Source of the DNA: Squalus acanthias
Lineage: Eukaryota
Length of the DNA: 64,000 nt
Direction of reading: 5' to 3'
Assembly (NCBI GenBank): GCA_030390025.1
Contig: CM059432.1
Span: forward strand, 18,044,001 to 18,108,000
In this document: piece by piece, positions 35,542-47,800 of the stretch
How the letters are laid out: each line of letters opens with the position of its first letter
How positions within the stretch are numbered: position 1 is the stretch's first letter
The notes under the pieces: generated by a model
What the model was told of the DNA's origin: nothing
Seen by the model: only the letters and a program-made list of their open reading frames with translations
The model's database searches: none
Program-made: the position numbers and the translations under genes

Positions 35542-37550
35542 GGGGCCGAATTTCCTGGAAAGATTAGACCAAACCAGAGCAAAAGAACGGCATAATGACA
35601 ACTTTGAGCGTAACACAGAAGAAATTCAGGCACAAGTGATTTACGCCAAAACATTGTCAAGGTTTCCTTGATCTTTTGCACCGCTTCAACGAATCCTTCA
35701 TTGAAACCTTCAGTCACTCATTAACACAGCTCCTCCGCCATTGAAAAGAGCAGTTCGCCCAAATTTCCTCAATGTACATTGGTTTCTCGCAGGCTGTAGC
35801 TACACCGAGAAATCCGGGCACAGCAGGTCCTGAGGTTACCAGGCACCAGCGTAATTTATTACCCTCAGGCTAAAAGTCTCCAAACTTTGCAGCTGCATCT
35901 GTGGAGTTCTGTAGCAATTTTATCCATGATTTTTGGGAATTTCTTTTCCTTCTGGCATCTGTAGTTTTCCTGAGCAGAGTCCGGTGAAGCTCTGCAACAC
36001 AGATTTTTTTGCACTCCCGGCCCTCTCAACATGTGCAGAAGGGCCAAAGGAGCTGAAAATGGTCTTTCCAATATTCAACTTTCTAATGGAGGAAAGAGAG
36101 GCAGTGAGTCAGGCACCATGGCAGGAGACATCGGCACACACGCTATTAACGCTCCCCCAGAGAGTTGATAGCGAGCAATGGTCAGACCAGGACTTCTCAG
36201 GAGGTGTGTGCGGAGACGGTGATTCACGAAAGAAGCAGTTGGTGACCTGTGGGAAGACCTGAAGCAGGACCTTATCAGTTGAGATTAAAGATCACGAAGA
36301 TTGAGGGGGTGGGGGGGGGGGGAAGGTCAGAACCCTTCCAAGTGTCAGTCTGCAGTTTCTGCCACTTGTACTGTGACCGACACCGTCCCAATGGGCACTG
36401 GATCTGCAGGCATCGGCGTCAGCTGAATGCTCGGTGCCATGGCTACAGCCACATCCTGCAAGCTCTGAGTGACTGCTTGAGTTAGAGACGGGAAGGCATG
36501 ATTTAACATGCCCTCCAATCTGTCCCCCAACCCAGCCATAAATCGCAGGAATCTCCTGCGTGACCACGTCTGTGAGCTGGCACAACCGACTACCGATGAG
36601 TCCCAAAGCATATAAGTACTTGTGACGCTCCCAGAGCGTCTGTCTTTTGAGGCATGGGCCCATGAACTCCGCATCCCATGCATCCTCACTCCCAAGCCGT
36701 CCTTTACCCTGCCTCGGGTAAGAAGTGGGCGCATTATCTTCAGACTCCCCACAACTGCCTTATTCAGCAGGTTCGCTTACGTCTTAACGGCTGCCCCGGG
36801 TGCTGGTGTCTGTGCTTCTGCCTGCAACAGCAGAGCAGGGCGACGTTCCTGAGCCATGGCCTGGAGGTGGCAAGAAGCTAGTGCTCCCAGAGGAGAGGGA
36901 TAGATTCTCACTCCATTCACATCAGCACCTTTCCCTCCACATCAGCACCCTCATGGTGACATACAAAGATGAGGAGGCGCAGACTCCTTTTCTCCACTTT
37001 CCCCTGTAGCTGCTCCTCATCCTTGTCCTCCCGTGTCCTGCACTTCTCATCGTCCTGCTCCTCCTTTTCCTGTACTGCCCCGCCTCCAGGACTGAATGCT
37101 TGGGTTTTTCTGGACCTGTGGAAAGAAGAGGACATGAGGTTAGAATGGTTGAGTATGTTCCTTTTGGGAGGCAGGCTCCATTTTCAGGCAAGGTCTGTGT
37201 TCTGATGCAGAGTACTTCACTGGAAACAACTTTGAAAGTTTTTTTTTCCCCCAAAGAAAAACTGAGCAAAGAAAACCATGCTGCACTTACCTGCCACACC
37301 CAAACCTCACTGAGGAATAACGTTTGTTCTCACCCCTCTATACTGCTGACAATGTTTCCCATGCCCATCATTTCTTTTGCCATTTCCAAGATCAGGTTTT
37401 ACGGTGGTTTGTACGTTGCGACATATACTAATGAGATTTCCAGGAAACTTCAGTGCAGGTTGCTGTTGGTAGGAATGGCTGTAATTGGCAGCATTGGCTG
37501 TAATTGTTGGCATAAATTGCTGATTATGCCGATCCAGGAAATTCCATCCC
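35542..37550. mobile_element. ~2-kb PIF/Harbinger deletion derivative with decayed internal coding remnants
   Basis: TIRs GGGGCCGAATTTCCTGGA and TCCAGGAAATTCCATCCC; flanks TGT/TAT; GC-richer interior without an intact ORF. Confidence 0.7.
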
Positions 37551-37895
37551 TATGTGGTTTTACAGACAGGCATAGAAGGTTGTGACCTGATTTACTGATT
37601 ACAGTACCTCACCCAAATGGCTACTTTTCATATGTGAACTTAAACAGCAAGTGTATATTCAACAGTGAAGCATTACAGCCGAGTCCAATCTTTTCTTCAC
37701 CAGGTGTCCACACCTGCATTTTCCAGCAATTATTTTCTATAGTGCTCCTCATATGCACAGAGACATTCCAGAGTGCTTTAGAAAGAACAAACTTGCAATT
37801 GATTAGCACCTTTCATGTCCTCTGGTCAATTCCAAAGTGCTTCACAGCCAATGAATCCTTTTAAAATGTAGTCATTAGGAGGCATAACAAACGGT

Positions 37896-38342
37896 GTCAG
37901 CCATGGCTCAATGGGTAGCACTCTTGCCTCAGAGTAGGTTGCCCCACTCCAGAGACTTGAACACATAATCTAGGCCGACACTTCGGTGCAATACTGAGGG
38001 AGTGCTGCACTGTTGGAGGTGTCGTCTTTCGGATGAGACGTTAAACCAAGGCCCCGTTTGCCCTCTCAGGTGGACGTAAAAGATTCAATGGCACTATTTT
38101 GAAGAGCAGGAGTTCTTCCCAGTGTCCTGGCCAAGATATAGCCCTCAACCAATATCACTAAAGCAGATTATCTGGTCATTATCACATTGCTGTTTGTGGG
38201 ATCTTGCTGTGCCCCCGTTGGCTGCTGCATTTCGTACATTACCACAGTGACTACGCTTCAGAAGCACTTTATTGGCTGTAAAGCACTATGGGATGCCCTG
38301 AAGTAGTGAAAGGCACTATATAAATGCAAGTTCTTTTTCTTT
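37896..38342 (+). mobile_element. Full-length Deu-domain tRNA SINE (B-box region partly deleted)
   Basis: gtcagccatggctcaatgggtagcactcttgcc head, Deu core, and gcactatataaatgcaagttctttt tail. Confidence 0.9.
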
Positions 38343-38504
38343 CAAATTAATAGTCAGAAACCGGTCAAGTACTGGTCGTTAGAAGTTAAAAACATGCTTC
38401 CATTTCATATATTTCCCTTAAAAGTAAAGACAGTATGATTTGAGTATATTTTCACTCCGTTTGACCCTTTGTGTGCCTTCTTCGTGGTAGCAGCCCTTCC
38501 ATGT

Positions 38505-39329
38505 ACACAGAAGGGACAAACTGATATGGTTAAGACTGTAAAAGGAAGGCAATGGAAGAGCGAGAACAAGCAGACACCTGTGGAAGCCAATAGAGAGGAA
38601 GGCACAAAGGCAATTCCACACATTCCATGTAATACAGAATCTGGAAACTATGCATTGTACCACTATTTCAGCATCGCAGAAAATAAAAAGTGTTTTATTT
38701 TTTAAGCCACATTATAAAGCGCCACAGGCATAGGCCTAATCTTCAGGTTGCATGCAATGCATCAGGCAAGCATTTGTAAACATTTATGGAATTGTAAATA
38801 ATCTGAAACAGCACATCTGTCAGTATTAGTGGGCAAGTCCAAATGTGTTGGGCCAGCAAGGCTATAGTGGCAAAAGGGGGCGCCGAATCAGTTTATCTGG
38901 CTCTCACTGCTATAAATGGGGCATAATAATGGCATCAGTAGGTTCGCTTGTTAACAAACATTTGTTAAAGTAAAGACATTGCTGAGAACTAAAAGTCACA
39001 TACGGCTCAGTAATGCAGCTTAACATCCAAACACCAGGGATGGTGGCCATTCCTCTACCAGGAAATGGGCCATGGTTGAACCAAAAGGTCACATCGCATT
39101 ACAATTTTTTGCAGTCCACCCTCATGACATGGGAGTCCTAAGCCAAGGAAACATGAAACCAAGGGAACAAATACCAGGTACCCTCAGAAAGTGCTAGGTC
39201 CCAGTTGAGATAAGAGAACACAGAAGGGAAAAACTGATTGGTTAAGACTGTAAAAGGAAGGCAATGGAAGAGTGAGAACAAGCAGACACCTGTGGAAGCC
39301 AATAGAGAGGAAGGCACAAGGGCAATGCC
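38505..39329 (+). repeat. ~112-bp direct repeat pair (38505-38617 and 39218-39329), 600 bp apart
   Basis: acacagaaggg...gcacaa(a/g)ggcaat is near-identical at both sites. Confidence 0.92.
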
Positions 39330-40132
39330 TTGTGCATTATCCATGAAACATCTCCATGAAGAAATCTTAATCTCTGAATCTTGCTGAACTGTGATATGAG
39401 GAAGGTATTGTTAGAAGATACTAATAATTCCAAACTGACTGGTGTACATATAGACCAAGAGTCAATATGCTGAGTAGCAAATGGGCAGATCTTCAGAGCC
39501 CTAAAAAAAGTGTTCATCTCAGCAAGTCCCGGACAGAGAGGGGGTGTTTATTTTAATCTGTGTTTTCAACTCTTTTTTTCCTCTACCTTCTTTTTAGCCC
39601 ATAAACTGCTTTTGTCCTGGTACTTTTTCTTCATGAATAAAAGAGGATAAACAAAGATAAGCAAGCAACATAATTACACATTAGAAATATTCCTTTCATC
39701 TTCAGTTGCACCAGAGACTCTGCTACTGGGCCTAAAATCTAGTCTATTGAATTTTTAACTTTTTGCAGAACTATATGCATGTAGACACCAAAATGCATGT
39801 CATAAAATATAATCTAGCATCAAAATCATTAGGTGGTTCCAAATCACAACAGGAAAAATTCCATACCAACACAATACTATGCATGGAATGACATTACAGT
39901 GCCAATTACAATTATATCAATAGGAAACAAATGTACACCCCACTAAACTAAGTGAGTGCTGCTGTCTCCGGAGAGTCTGAGGACAGCTAAAAGAGGCAGT
40001 TACTGTGGGTGCCTCTGGGAGGTAGCACCATCGTCACTGGAGGCAAAGGTATTTTCTTGCAGCCAACAAGCCGAGTGTCTCGGCCCAACCCTACAAACCA
40101 GCAATACAATTTTGGGCTCCCCACCTTAAAAA

Positions 40133-40240
40133 GAACATAGAAACATAGAACATAGAAAAATAGGAGCAGGAGTAGGCCATTCGAGCCTGCTCCGCCATTC
40201 AGTATGATCATGGCTGATCATCTACCTCAATACCATATTC
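40133..40240 (-). mobile_element. CR1 3' tail only
   Basis: (agaaacat)n tail followed by aggagcaggagtaggccattcg. Confidence 0.85.
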
Positions 40241-40658
40241 ACATAGAACCTTGTACAAGGAAAGTAAAAGCAAGTGCACACGCACATCCCAGCGACTGTG
40301 AAATCCACCCTGAATTACCAACAGGACAGTTTCCACACAACACTGGGACCCTGAGGCACAAATCATGAACGACTTACATAAACATATCATTACAGTGGTA
40401 AATACTGACAGCTCACATCAGCTTAAAGTAAAGTAAACAGACATCTTTCTAGAATAGATAACAGATAAACTGTTGGCTTGAGCTCGGAAACAGACCTGGA
40501 TAAAATGAATGGTCTTCTTTTATTTCTACACTCTTACTTCTATTTGCAACTGTATCAATTTCAAAATGTGCGACAGTGAATGACACTGGTTGGGAGGGAG
40601 CTGGGATTCTCACTTCTGATTGTTATCCAATGACCTCCTGGAATAAATTATATAAATC

Positions 40659-43591
40659 GGGAACGGTAGCATAGTGGTTATCTTACTGGGCTAGTAATCC
40701 AGAGGCCTGGACTAATGATCCAGAGACGGGAATTCAAATCCCACCATGGCAGCTGGGGAATTTAAATTCAATTAATTAAATAAATCTGGAATAAAAAGCT
40801 CGCATCAGTAACGAAACCCATCTGGTTCACTATTGTCCTTTAGGGAAGGAAATCTGCCGTCCTTAGCTGGACTGGCCTATATGTGATGCCAGACCCACAG
40901 CAACGTGGTTGACTCTTAACTGCAAGACACTCAGTTGTAACAAACCGCTACTAGAAACCACCCAGCATTGACCTAGGCACTGGATTCGGACACGACAATG
41001 GCACACACTTAGCCCAGTCGACCCTGCAAAGTCCTCCTCATGAACATCTGGGGACTTGTGCCAAAATTGGGAGAGCTGTCCCACAGACTAGTCAAGCAAC
41101 AGCCGGACAGTCATACTCACAGAAAGATATCTTTCAGCCAACGTCCCAGACTCCTCCATCACCATGAAGTCACCATCCATGGGTATATCCTGTCCCACCG
41201 GCAGGACAGACCCACCCAGAGGTGGCGGCACAGTGGGAGAGAGTGGCCCTGGGAGTCCTCAACATTGTCTCTAGATCCCATGAAGTCTCATGGCTTCAGG
41301 TCAAGCATGGGCAAAGAAACCTCCTGCTGATTACTACCGACCGCTCTCCCTCAGCTGATGAATCAGTACTCCTCCAGGTTGAGCACCACTTGGAAGAAGC
41401 ACCGAGGGTAGCAAGGGCACAGAATGTACTCCGGGTGGGGGATTTCAATGTCCATCACCAAGAGTGGGCAGCACTACTGACCGAGCTGGCAGAGTCCTGA
41501 AGGGCATAGCTGCCAGACTGGGCCTGCGGCAGGTGGCGAGAGAACCAACACAAGGGAAAAACCTACTTGACCTCGTCCTCACCAATCTATCTGCCGCAGA
41601 TGCATCTGTCCTTGACAGCACTGGTAGCAATGACCATCACACAGTCAGTGTGGAGATGAAATCCCATCGTGTTGTGTGGTACTACCACTGTGCTAAATGG
41701 GATAGATTCAGAACAGATCTAACAGCTCAAAACTGGGCATTCATGAGGCGCTGTGGGCCATCAGCAGCAGCAGAATTGTATTCCACCACAATCTGTAACC
41801 TCATGGCCCGGTATATCCCTCACTCTACCATTACCATCAAGCTAGGGGACCAACCCTGGTTCAACGAAGAGCAGCACCAGGCGTACCTAAAAATTAGGTG
41901 CCAACCTGGGGAAGCTGCAACACAAGACTACATGCATGCTAAACAACAGAAGCAGCATGCTATAGACAGAGCTAAGCGATCCCATAATCAATGGATCAGA
42001 TCAAATCAAAGCTCTGCAGTCGTGCCACATCCAGTCGTGAATGGTGGTGGACAATTAAACGACTAACAGGAGGAGGCTCCATGAATATCCCCATCCTCAA
42101 TGATAGCGGAGCCCAGCATGAGTGCAAAAGACAAGGCTGAAGCGTTTGCAACCATCTTCAGCCAGAAGTGCCGAGTGATGATCCATATCGGCCTCCTCCT
42201 CTGGTCCCCACCATCACAGAAGCTAGTCTTCAGCCAATTCGATTCACTCCATATATCAAGAAATGGCTGAGCACACTGGATACAGCAAAGGCTATGGGTC
42301 CCGACAACATTCCGGCTGTCGTGCTGAAGATGTGCTCCAGAACTAGCCGCGCCTCTAGCCGACAATGTGGAAAAACTGCCCAGGTATGTCCGGTCCACAA
42401 AAAGCAGGACAAATCCAATCCGGCCAATTACCGCCCCAACGGTCTACTCTCAATCATCAGCAAAGTGATGGAAGGTGTCGTTGACAGTGCTATCAAGTGG
42501 CACTTGCTCACCAATAACCTGCTCACTGATGCTCAGTTTGGGTTTCGCCAGGACCACACAGCTCCAGACCTCATTATAGCCTTGGTACAAACACAGATAA
42601 AAGAGCTGAATTCCAGAGGTGATGCGAGTGTGACTGCCCTTGACATCAAGGAGCCCTAGTAAAACTGAAGTCAATGGGAATCTCCACTGGCTGGAGTTAT
42701 ACCTACCACAAAGGAAGATGGTTGTGGTTGTTGGAGGTCAATCATCTCAGCCCCAGGATATCGCAGCAGGAGTTCCTCAGGGCAGTGTCCTAGTCCCAAC
42801 CATCTTCAGCTGCTTCATCAATGACCTTCCCTCCATCATAAGGCCAGAAGTGGGGATGTTCGCTGATGATTGTAGTGTTCAGTTCCATTTGCAACTCCTC
42901 AGATAATGACATTCAGGTTTGGGCTGATAAGTGGCAAGCAACATTAGCGCCACACAAGTGCCAAGCAATGAGCAGCTCCAACAAGAGAGTGTCTAACCAC
43001 CACCCCTTGACATTCAACAGCATTACCATCGCCAAAACCCCCACCATCAACATCCTGGGGGGGGTCACCATTGACCAGAAACTTAACTGGACCAGCCACA
43101 TAAATACTGTGGCTGCAAGAGTAGGTCAGAGGCTGGGTATTCTGTCTCACCTCCTGACTCCTCAAAGCCTTTCCACCATCTACAAGGCACAAGTCAGGAG
43201 CGTGATAGAATACTCTCCACTTGCCTGGATGAGTGCAGCTCCAGCAACACTCAAGAAGCTCGACACCATCCAGGACAAAGCAGCCCATTTATTGGTACCC
43301 CATCCACCACCTTAAACATTCACTTCCTCCACCACCGGCACAACATAGCTGCAGTGTGTGCCATCTACAAGAAGCACTGCAGCAACTCGCTGCAAGTTCC
43401 CCTCCAAGTTACACACATCCTGACTTAGAAATAGACTGCCATTCCTTCATCGTCACTGGGTCAAAATCCTGGAACTCCTTCTCCAATAGCACTGTGGGAG
43501 TACCTTCACCACAAGGACTGCAGCTGTTCAAGAAAGCAGCTCACCACCACCTTGCCAGCGACTCCCACATCCCAGGAACGAATAAAAAAAA
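40659..43591 (+). mobile_element. CR1-group non-LTR retrotransposon with a tRNA-derived 5' head and a single broken APE-RT ORF
   Basis: A box TAGCATAGTGG (40667) and B-box-like GAATTCAAATCC (40730); NIWGL...GDFNVHH...LLDLVLTN...QFGFRQ...ALDIK...GVPQGSVL.P...FADD; ends cccacatcccaggaacgaataaaaaaaa. Confidence 0.88.
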
Positions 43592-43684
43592 CACACATTA
43601 CGTGAGGACAGTGGTAGTCCATGGATCAACAGCATGCCCACCAATCACTGTCTAAGCTCACTGTGATAAAAGCTGATGCTCGAG

Positions 43685-43874
43685 TTTCAGCAGGCGGCGT
43701 TTCTGCAGAAAGCGGAACTCTCCACCTGCAGAGGCCCTTCTCTAGGGCAGGCGGAGGACCTGTCAAGAGGATTCTTGACAGATCAGAAATGCCTGTTTTC
43801 AGCGCATGCCTGAAACCAGCACTTGCGAGGTCCCTACGTGTGTACACACCCGTAGGCATCAGAAAATACGGGCC
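43685..43874. mobile_element. One end of the Harbinger MITE family of 12789-13531
   Basis: Reverse complement of about 12789-13000; ends gaaaatacgggcc. Confidence 0.8.
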
Positions 43875-44734
43875 TCTGTTTCTCACTTTAAATTCAAATT
43901 TACAACTTGTCCACAGTGGATTTGACTCAACCTCTGGGTTGCCAGCCCAGTACAATAACCACTACACTACATTAAGCAGAGTACCTAGTAACAAATGGGG
44001 ACGAAAGAATGTTTCGCAGGATGCCCATCATAAGTAGGTTCTATGGCAGTGTTGCAGCCTGGAAATAAGGAGAGTACTACCACCTAACTGTTCTGTTTTT
44101 CTTTTTCTGTCCTGCTTAAAGTGAATTTTATTTTCCTCTACCTGTAAAGCACGGACATTATTCTATACACAGGGAGCTATCGAAATGCAAATCATTATTA
44201 TGTATGCCACCATTAGAGAATTTGTAGCACATTTCAAAAGGCAGAGATCCAAAGTATTGTTAATTGCTAATCAGACTGTCTTGGTAGCTTGCTGTTATGA
44301 CTGCTCTGTGTGCTTTTATATCCCAACTGCTTACAATAATGTCCAGTCAGCAGAAGCAGGGTAACTATCTGCACAAAGCCTTCATACTTTAGAAGCATAC
44401 AATTGAAAGTTTCAAAACACTGATCATTTGTTCACAGGGCCAGAGGCACAATTCTCAGAACGGAATTGAAGCAAAGCTAAGAACAGTTCAGACTACACCG
44501 TGGATGTTACAATACTAATCATTTTTCACAATTTATGGAAATTAATGATGCCCCCGTATAATCCCCCTACACCACGCACCTTCCCAATGGAATGGGCTGA
44601 AGACCTGTTTGCAGGCTTTCACTAGTACAGCTCTTTAGCCCACTGCCAACAGCTACATGACAGATTTTTAGTGCCTAATGCAAAACTGTCCTCTTCAAGA
44701 TGGTCAAGATCAGGGATACATAGTGCTGGGAATC

Positions 44735-45208
44735 ATCATCATCATCATCAGCATGTATTTATATAGCGCCTTTAACGTAGTAAAACGTCCCAAGGCGCTG
44801 CACAGGAGAGTTATCAAACAAAATTTGACCCTGAGCCGTATAAGGAGATATTAGGGCAGATAACCAAAAGCTTGGTTAAAGAGGTAGATTTTGAGGAGAG
44901 TCTTAAAGGAGAAAAGAGAGGTAGTGAGGTGGAGAGGTTTAGGGAGGGAATTCCAAAGCTTCGGGCCTTGGCAGCTGAAAGGCACGGCTGCCAATGGTGG
45001 ATTTAGGTAGTCAGCAGTTTAGTGGGAATAGGGTCGAGGGAGCAGGAGGTGGGTCTCATGAACAAGATGAGCTCAGAGAGGGCATGAGGGGAGATAGGAG
45101 AGAAAGAGGAGAGTTCAGGGCAGGGGCAGGGGGAACCTTAGAGGACATTTGGCCCAGTGGGCTAGGGGAAAGGAGGGAAGAGAGGCAGCTGATCAGATGG
45201 TCTCAATC
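44735..45208 (-). mobile_element. L2 fragments (3' tail plus an internal RT piece)
   Basis: gcatgtatttatatagcgcctttaacgtag tail; 45000-45208 is the reverse complement of the L2 segment at about 53350-53560. Confidence 0.8.
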
Positions 45209-45844
45209 TGCATATTGTATAGCCTCTAGTGTTCAAACTTTTACACACTACAGCAATAATCATGGTTAATATTTTGTTACTAGAGCATTTCTCATCCATG
45301 TACCTTCTCATTCTCAGAACAGCACTCAGATTTATTGGCCAAGTTTTAGCTGCATTTTGGTTTTGTATAAATTTCGCTGCTTTTAGAAATTCCACAGAAG
45401 CCCAACTCTTAAACATTATAAAATAGAATAAGTACATCCAGATTTCCTCATAACTCAGATCTCTGACACTAGGGATCAGCCTTGTGGCTCTTCTCTGAAT
45501 TGCCTCCAGCTCACGAATGCATGTGTCTCAAGTGACCTAACTGGACAGTTTTCAAGACATGTTCTGATTAGCACAGTACACAATTTGAGCATGACTTCCT
45601 CCGATTTGTACTCTACTGTTTTGGCTATATAGCTCATCATTTACCGGCTTTGCCGATTGCTACTCTCGATACCTATGCTGTCTTGACACACATTGGCGTA
45701 TGTCACCATTTTCTTTTTCCCCCCTATGCGCTGACTTAATACTGGTCCATATTAAATTTAATCTGCTATTCCAGGAAATGTTAAACCAAAGCCCTGCCCG
45801 CCTGTTCAGGTGTACACAGAAGATCCCATAGCAGAGGATGGCAA

Positions 45845-47096
45845 ACAGAGTTAACGTTTCAGGTCGATGACCCTTCGCCAGAACTGGAAAAGGTTAGAGA
45901 AGTAACAGATTTTTAAGCAAGTGTGGGGCAGGGAAAGGGAGGAGGGGAGGAAAGAACAAAGGGAAGGTCTGTGATAGGCTAGAAGGCAGGAGAGATTAAA
46001 AGACAAAAGGGATGATGGTGCAAGGCAAAAGGAGATGGTAATGGGACAAGTTAAGAAACAAATGACGACTCTAGATGAGGTGTAAATGGGAATGGTAGAA
46101 TCATCAACAGCTGCCATGTGAGAGGAGAAAAAAGAGAAAAATATAGGGGCCGAGGTTATGATCTGAAATTGTTGAACTCTATATTGAGTCCAGAAGGCTA
46201 TAAAGTGCCTAATCAAAAGATGAGGTGCTGTTCCTCGAGCTTACTTTGAGCTTCGTTGGAACAGTGCAAGAGGCCAAGGGCGGAGAGATCAGAGTGGGAG
46301 TGGAGCTGAGAATTAAAGTGACAGGCAACCGGAAGCTCGGGGTCACCCTTACGGACTGAACGGAGGTGTTCCGCAAAGCGGTCACCCATTCTGCGTTTGG
46401 TCTCCCCAATGTAGAGGAGACCGCATCGTGAGCAGCGAATACAGTACACTAAATTGCAAGAGGTACAAGTAAATCACTGTTTCACCTAGAAGAAGTGTTT
46501 GGGGCCCTGGACAGTGGGGAGGAGATAAAAGGGCAGGTGTTGCATCTCCTGCCCTTGCACAGGAAGGTGCAGTGGGAAGGGATGTTGGGGGTGATAGTGG
46601 ACCAGGGTGTCACGGAGGGAGCGGTCCCTTCAGAATGCTGAAAGGGGGGGGGGGGGGAAAGAGGGGAAGATGTGTTTGGTGGTGGGATCATGCTGGAGGT
46701 GGCAGAAGATGATCCGTTGAATGTGGTGGGGTGAAAGGTGAGGACAAGGGGAATCCTATCGTGGTTCTGGAAGGGAGGGAAAGGGGTGAGAGCAGAAGTG
46801 CGGGAAATGGAACGGACACGGTCGAGGGCCATGTCAACCACGGTAGAGGGAAAAGGAAGCACTAGTATGGAAGGTGGCATCGTCAGAACAGATGGAGAAA
46901 CTGGGAGAATGGAATAGAGTCTGTACAGGAAGCGGGATGGGAGGAAGTGTAGTCCAGGTAGCTGTGGAAGTCAGTGGGCTCATAGTGGACATTTGTAGAT
47001 AGCCTATCCCCAGAAATGGAGTCAGCGAAGTCGAGGAAGGGAAGAGTCGGAGATGGACCATGTGAAGGTGAGGGAAGGATGTAAATTGGAAGCAAA
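45845..47096 (-). mobile_element. Penelope-like retroelement, 3' part (RT thumb, GIY-YIG endonuclease, pLTR)
   Basis: LPFLD...LSTNVHYEPTD.HSYLDYTSSHP; YCIRCSRCGLLYIGETKRRMGDRFAEHLRSV...VACHFN; ends gacctgaaacgttaactctg. Confidence 0.95.
45849..45886 (-). ncRNA. Minimal type-I hammerhead ribozyme motif of the Penelope pLTR, core mutated (CUGGCGA instead of CUGANGA)
   Basis: Minus strand CAGTT-CTGGCGA-A-GGGTC ATC GACCT-GAAA-CG-TT-AACT gives stem I AGTT/AACT, stem II GGTC/GACC and a palindromic AACGTT stem III. Confidence 0.65.
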
Positions 47097-47097
47097 G

Positions 47098-47800
47098 TGA
47101 ATGACTCTCTCCCTGGTCACTGTCTGAGGTTGAACCAGACCATTCGCAACCTTGGCGTCCTATTTGACCAACCAGGTATCCATTCCATCACCAAGACATC
47201 CATAACATTGCCCCTCTCTGATCCTGCCTCAGCTCATCTGCTGCTGAAACTCTCATCCATGCCTTTGTTACCTCTAGACTTTATTATTCTAATGCTCTCC
47301 TGGCCGACCTCCCATCTTCCAACCTCCATAAACTAGAATTAATTCAAAACTCTGCTGCCCTAACTCGCACCAAGTTCCGTTCACCCATCACCTCTGTGCT
47401 CATTGACCTACATTGTCTCCCCGTCCGGCAACGCCTCAATTTAAAAATTCTCATCCTGGTTTTCAAATCCCTCCATGGCCTCGCCCCTCCCCATCTCTGT
47501 AATCTCCTCCAGCGTACAACCCTCCAAGATCTCTGCGCTCCTCCAATTCTGGCCTCTTGCACATTCCCGATTTTCATTGCTCCATTAGCAGCCGTGCCTT
47601 CAGCTGCGTAGGGCCGAAGCTTTGGAATTCCTTCCCCAAGCCTCTCCCCCCTTTAAGACACTCCTTAAAACCTACCGCTTTCCTGTCCTAATATCTCATG
47701 TGGCTCAGTGTCAAATTTTGTTTGATAACTAACGCTCCTGTGAAGTGCCTTGGGATGTCTTATTACATTAAAAGGCACTATATAAATGCAAGTTGTTGTT
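47098..47800 (+). mobile_element. L2 LINE 3' portion
   Basis: IRNLGVLFD...LIHAFVTSRL.Y.N..L...LHCLPVRQRLNLKILILVFKSLHGLAP; tail ctatataaatgcaagttgttgtt. Confidence 0.92.

Noticed and set aside
36292..37585. Intact Harbinger transposase or Myb/SANT gene
   Set aside because: Only short fragmented ORFs with no recognisable DDE motif; a decayed remnant at best.
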